Under the pieces are notes generated by a model. That model had not been told where the DNA came from, did not search any database, and saw only the letters and a list, made by a program, of their open reading frames with translations. From an uncultured Verrucomicrobiota bacterium (GTDB taxonomy: Bacteria > Verrucomicrobiota > Verrucomicrobiia > Limisphaerales > CAIQOK01), in NCBI GenBank assembly GCA_903873415.1, contig CAIQOK010000034.1, forward strand, positions 43,962 through 107,961: 64,000 nt of DNA, given 5' to 3'. A program made the position numbers and the translations under genes. This document shows, piece after piece, positions 60,464 through 64,000 of the stretch; position 1 is the first letter of the stretch, and every line of letters begins with the position of its first letter.

Positions 60464-61474
60464 TCAGCGGGCAGGTGGGGGCGGGTTTTGGCGGAACCAG
60501 GCCACGGCGTCTGCGAGTGCCTGCCGGGGAGGGGTTTGAGGCAGTCCCAACTCGCGGATGGCTTTAGCCGGGTTGAAAAACATCTTGTGTTTGGCCATGC
60601 GCACTCCGGCCAGCGGTGCCTTGGGCGGTTGGTGCGTGAAGCGCGAGAGTGTCTCATCGATGTAGGCCGCCCCGAGGGCCAAGGCATAGGGAACCCGCAG
60701 TTTGGGCGCAGGGATGCCACTGATTTGCTCCAATACGGCAAAGGCCTCTCTCATCGTCCAGTTCCCCTCTGAATGGCCAAGGATATAGCGTTCTCCGATG
60801 CTGCCCTTTTCAGCGGCGAGCAGATGTCCTGTGGCAACATCGCGGACATGGACCCAGTTGAGGCCGGTGTCGAGGTAGGCGGGCATTTTACGGTTCAAAA
60901 AATCGACAATCACCTGGCCGGTGGGCGTGGGTTTGACATCCCGTGGGCCGACGGGGGCGCTGGGGTTTACGATGACCACGGGAAGGCCCTTTTGCGCCAG
61001 TTCGAGGGCGACCTGTTCGGCCTGCCACTTTGAGCGCTTGTAAGGGTTGGTCATCTGTCCTGCCGAGACGGGGGTGGTTTCGTCGGTCGGCAACCAAAGA
61101 CCATCCTTTTCTACGGGTAGCCCGATGCAGCCGACGGTGCTGGTGTAAACGATCCGGGAACAGCCGGCTGCGTTTGCCGCTTCAATGACGTTGCGTGTGC
61201 CGTCGACGTTGGCGGCATACATCGGCGCGTAATCACGCAACCAGAGGTGGTAGCTGGCGGCGACATGGAAACACCAGTGGCAGCCCCGCAACGCCAAATC
61301 CAGACCGGCGCGGTCATTCACGTCGCCTTCCACCCGCTCATATGCGGCGCCTTGCAGGCCGCGTAAATCGCTGCCCCGCCGCACCAAGGCGCGGACATGA
61401 TGACCGCGTGCGGAGAGTTCTTGGACCAGATTCGCGCCTATGAACCCCGAGGCGCCAGTGACGAAGCAATTCAT
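60464..61474 (-). CDS. NAD-dependent epimerase/dehydratase (dihydroflavonol-reductase/HpnA-like SDR)
   Basis: The ATG at 61474 gives MNCFVTGASGFIGANLV (Rossmann GxxGxxG), and the catalytic motif is YKRSK (YxxxK). It starts 4 nt after the stop of the upstream ABC ATPase. The track ORF adds 17 upstream codons that overlap that gene. Confidence 0.85.
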   Translation of the reverse strand: MNCFVTGASGFIGANLVQELSARGHHVRALVRRGSDLRGLQGAAYERVEGDVNDRAGLDLALRGCHWCFHVAASYHLWLRDYAPMYAANVDGTRNVIEAANAAGCSRIVYTSTVGCIGLPVEKDGLWLPTDETTPVSAGQMTNPYKRSKWQAEQVALELAQKGLPVVIVNPSAPVGPRDVKPTPTGQVIVDFLNRKMPAYLDTGLNWVHVRDVATGHLLAAEKGSIGERYILGHSEGNWTMREAFAVLEQISGIPAPKLRVPYALALGAAYIDETLSRFTHQPPKAPLAGVRMAKHKMFFNPAKAIRELGLPQTPPRQALADAVAWFRQNPPPPAR

Positions 61475-61478
61475 AAAT

Positions 61479-62240
61479 TCATAAAAGAGCCGGTGAAGTC
61501 TGGGTGTCCGGGGGTGAGTTGCCATTGAGGGTCAGGGCCAAAAATGCGGACTCCAGCGGGCCGGAAGTGCCGCCGTGCCGGCGCAATTCCTCAAGTGTGC
61601 CCACGGCCACCAGACGGCCTTGGTGCATGATGCCGATCCGGTCGGCCAATTCCTCAGCCACCCCTAGTTGGTGCGTGGAGACAAGCACGCTCATGCCTGC
61701 GCGCGACCGTTCCTTCAAAATATCTTTGACCACCCTCGCGTGCTGCGGATCCAGCCCGACCATGGGTTCATCGATGACAAAAACCTCCGGATCATGCAAC
61801 AGGGCGGAGGCGATGGCCACGCGCTGCCGTGTGCCGTGGGAGAGGCTCTCGATGGGGCGTGCCGCGAATTCCTCGAGATGAAAGCGGCGGATCAGTTCGT
61901 GGCCGGAGTGTTTAATCCTGAAGTCCTCCATCTGAAAGAGTTGGCCGACAAAGCGCATGAATTCCCAAGGTGTGAGCTTGTCGTAAAGAAAGGGGAAATC
62001 CGGCACGAAGGCCAGCCTTTGCCGCGCTTCCAGAGGATGGGTTTCCAGATCGAAGCCGCATATGCGCGCGCGTCCCGAGGTGGGTTTCATAAGCCCAGCG
62101 AGGATTTTCAAGGTCGTGGTTTTCCCGGCGGCGTTGGGGCCGAGCAAGGCGAAAAACTCTCCCGGTGCGAGTGTGAGGGAAAGGTTATTGACGGCGACGA
62201 TATCCCCGAATTTTTTCACCAGTGCAAGCAGTTCAATCAT
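61479..62240 (-). CDS. ABC transporter ATP-binding protein (ABC-2 subfamily type)
   Basis: 253 aa. Walker A GPNAAGKTT, signature LSHGTRQR, Walker B VFVIDEP. Confidence 0.9.
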   Translation of the reverse strand: MIELLALVKKFGDIVAVNNLSLTLAPGEFFALLGPNAAGKTTTLKILAGLMKPTSGRARICGFDLETHPLEARQRLAFVPDFPFLYDKLTPWEFMRFVGQLFQMEDFRIKHSGHELIRRFHLEEFAARPIESLSHGTRQRVAIASALLHDPEVFVIDEPMVGLDPQHARVVKDILKERSRAGMSVLVSTHQLGVAEELADRIGIMHQGRLVAVGTLEELRRHGGTSGPLESAFLALTLNGNSPPDTQTSPALL

Positions 62241-62252
62241 GTCGTTTTGGAC

Positions 62253-63050
62253 TCAGTCAGGGTTAAGTTGGTCATTCATCAGAACCAGTCCGCCTGGCAA
62301 CTCAAGGCGAAGTATTTCCCCGATCCGGCTGACCAGCAGTGTGACCGGGAACCGGCCCAGCAAGCGGGTCTCAAGTCGGTAGACCCGCGCCTGGCAGTGC
62401 CGGATCATCAGAGTGTCATCCCATGCCTCCCAATCCGGGACGGGATGGGGTGTAGATGCCTGAGGCATTGGAATCCCGATGCTCTGGACCATCATTCCGG
62501 CCAGAGGTCCCGCAATGTCGCCAATCCAGGAAGCGGGGTTGCGCAGTTGGCTGAATTTAACGCTACGTTCCTGAACTTCGCCATCATCGTCAGTCCGCCA
62601 TCGCAGCGTTTCTTCGGCGGCGTTGGCATGAAGCTCTAGCGCCGACGGTCGCACAGAGGCCCTCAGATTTATTTCCTGCCACTCGCGGCGGGCAGAAAGC
62701 TTGAGGTCCACGTCAAAGCGAAGCCGGTTGGTCCACTGGGGCAGAATCGCGCTGCCGTCGATGCGCAGCGTGTAGCCTCTGGGTTTGGTTTGCGCGGGCA
62801 AGGTGTCCTCGCTCACTTTGGCCCATTGGTCGACGGAGCCGGTTTCCCAGTGGCAAAAGCCGATGGTTTTGCCCCGCAAATGCAGGCTCAGAGACGATGT
62901 GTCCGGAGCGGTAAGTATTTTCTGCCAGACAAGTGAGGCGGGGATCCGGGTGGCATTGGCTTGGGATGGTCTGAATTCGGCGCGCCAGAGAAGAATATTC
63001 ATGGTGAGCCAGAAGCCGGTGACTAGAAAAAGCATGGTGCGCGAGACCAT
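62253..63050 (-). CDS. hypothetical membrane-anchored protein (265 aa)
   Basis: One N-terminal TM (MLFLVTGFWLTMNILLW), then a beta-rich-looking soluble domain. Spacing is tight to the genes on both sides (9 and 12 nt). No family recognised. Confidence 0.55.
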   Translation of the reverse strand: MVSRTMLFLVTGFWLTMNILLWRAEFRPSQANATRIPASLVWQKILTAPDTSSLSLHLRGKTIGFCHWETGSVDQWAKVSEDTLPAQTKPRGYTLRIDGSAILPQWTNRLRFDVDLKLSARREWQEINLRASVRPSALELHANAAEETLRWRTDDDGEVQERSVKFSQLRNPASWIGDIAGPLAGMMVQSIGIPMPQASTPHPVPDWEAWDDTLMIRHCQARVYRLETRLLGRFPVTLLVSRIGEILRLELPGGLVLMNDQLNPD

Positions 63051-63059
63051 GGCGGCGCC

Positions 63060-63839
63060 TCAGGGTTTGGGAAGGATGATCGTCTGGCCCACCTTTAGCC
63101 TGCGAGCTGCCAAACCCGGGTTTGCCGCTTGAAGGGATTCCAGTTTGAGGCCGTTTTTCCGGGCTATGGCCGCCAGTGTTTCGCCTTGTTTCACAATGTA
63201 GGATCGCCCGGTCCCGTTGCGAGGCAAGGGATGAGGTGCTGTCTGGCCAATGCCGATGGGGTTGGTTTGTGGCGGGGAGACAGGCGCGGGGGCGGCGGTT
63301 CGGGCGGGTGCCAGAGGGGCAACCACAGCCCGGGTTGGCGGATTGGAAGAGTTGTGCAGGTTGGCCGAATAGGCTTTCCACTGCTCGATCTCCGCGCGCA
63401 GTTGTTTGTTTTCCTCAGCCAACCGCTCAAAGTCACGTTGCATGGCGGGTGTCACTGGCAGGGGGAGGACGGACTTGGCCAGATCCTGTTTGCAGTTGGT
63501 AATGTGCTGGCGAATGACCTCGGCATTGTCAGCCGAGGGGCGCAATTTGAGATATTGCTCGTAATGATAAATTGCCGACGCAGAGTCGGGTTCCTTTTCC
63601 TCATGCAGAATGCCCAGTTGAAAGTGGGCCGAGGCCGAGCGGGGGTTGACTTCAAGGGCCCGTTGAAACTCCTCGATGGCCCCGGGATAGTCCAGACCGC
63701 TGATGCAGTTTTTACCGGCCATGAAGTGGGATTCTTTCTCCTCCTCCATCTGGCTTTGGCTGGCGGGTTGGCAACCGTTCAGGCTCAAACTGAGCAGAAC
63801 GGCCGCCGTTGTGCGCCAAAACCACACCGTGAAAATCAT
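63060..63839 (-). CDS. lipoprotein with a TPR repeat and a C-terminal LysM domain
   Basis: 259 aa. Signal peptide with lipobox LSLNG-C. TPR-like ...YPGAIEEFQRALEVNPRSASAHFQLGILHEE..., a coiled segment and a Pro/Ala linker. The LysM domain reads YIVKQGETLAAIARKNGLKLESLQAANPGL...LKVGQTIILP. Confidence 0.75.
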   Translation of the reverse strand: MIFTVWFWRTTAAVLLSLSLNGCQPASQSQMEEEKESHFMAGKNCISGLDYPGAIEEFQRALEVNPRSASAHFQLGILHEEKEPDSASAIYHYEQYLKLRPSADNAEVIRQHITNCKQDLAKSVLPLPVTPAMQRDFERLAEENKQLRAEIEQWKAYSANLHNSSNPPTRAVVAPLAPARTAAPAPVSPPQTNPIGIGQTAPHPLPRNGTGRSYIVKQGETLAAIARKNGLKLESLQAANPGLAARRLKVGQTIILPKP

Positions 63840-64000
63840 GACCGGAAACTACTCGAAGCCCAAGCGACAAGCAACACGAGTTGAAAGATTGGGTCTGGTT
63901 AAGCGATCCAGTGGAGCTTTTAATGCAGTGGGGGTGATAGAGTGTTTTCATGCCGGGAGGAGGCGCGTTTGAATGGGGGCGAAAAACGGCGGGGGCAAGG

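Overview
GC-rich, gene-dense 64-kb window with about 57 CDS and one tRNA. It has no rRNA, no CRISPR array and no intact mobile element. All family calls come from reading motifs by eye; no searches were run. Lineage markers point to a PVC-superphylum bacterium, most likely Verrucomicrobiota: two tandem prepilin-type 'H-X9-DG' proteins, a Minf_1886-type small protein, fused SecDF, and an rpsL-rpsG-fusA operon without tuf. Most of the window is housekeeping: mfd, rpsL-rpsG-fusA, yajC-secDF, recJ, selO, ispD, tsaD, argG, thiD, polX, panC, nadB, tRNA-Lys(UUU), amtB-glnK, trmL, truA, ruvX and rsmD. I see no recognisable defence system, toxin-antitoxin pair or prophage. The best candidates for something undescribed lie on the minus strand between 46.3 and 63.8 kb. 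There, two paralogous ABC/ABC-2 modules are wired to uncharacterised envelope proteins. (a) ATPase, ABC-2 permease with a large loop, a 509-aa helical membrane-anchored protein and a second ATPase, all translationally coupled. (b) A LysM/TPR lipoprotein, a 265-aa TM protein, an ABC ATPase and an epimerase; three unrelated genes away sit an ABC-2 permease, three tandem SPFH/Band-7 paralogs (one with a polytopic N-terminal domain) and an HMA-less P1B-ATPase. Smaller observations: a G8 homopolymer frameshift that replaces the Mfd C-terminus. The corrected mfd frame frees a convergent 55-codon Cys-rich lipoprotein ORF next to ybjQ. There is a 520-bp highly self-complementary non-coding gap at 0.6-1.1 kb. 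An AT-richer fusA-yajC spacer holds a bidirectional terminator and a basic sORF. A multiply frameshifted IS3-family transposase relic follows argG. The many long ORFs antisense to real genes are codon-aligned artefacts of GC3 bias.
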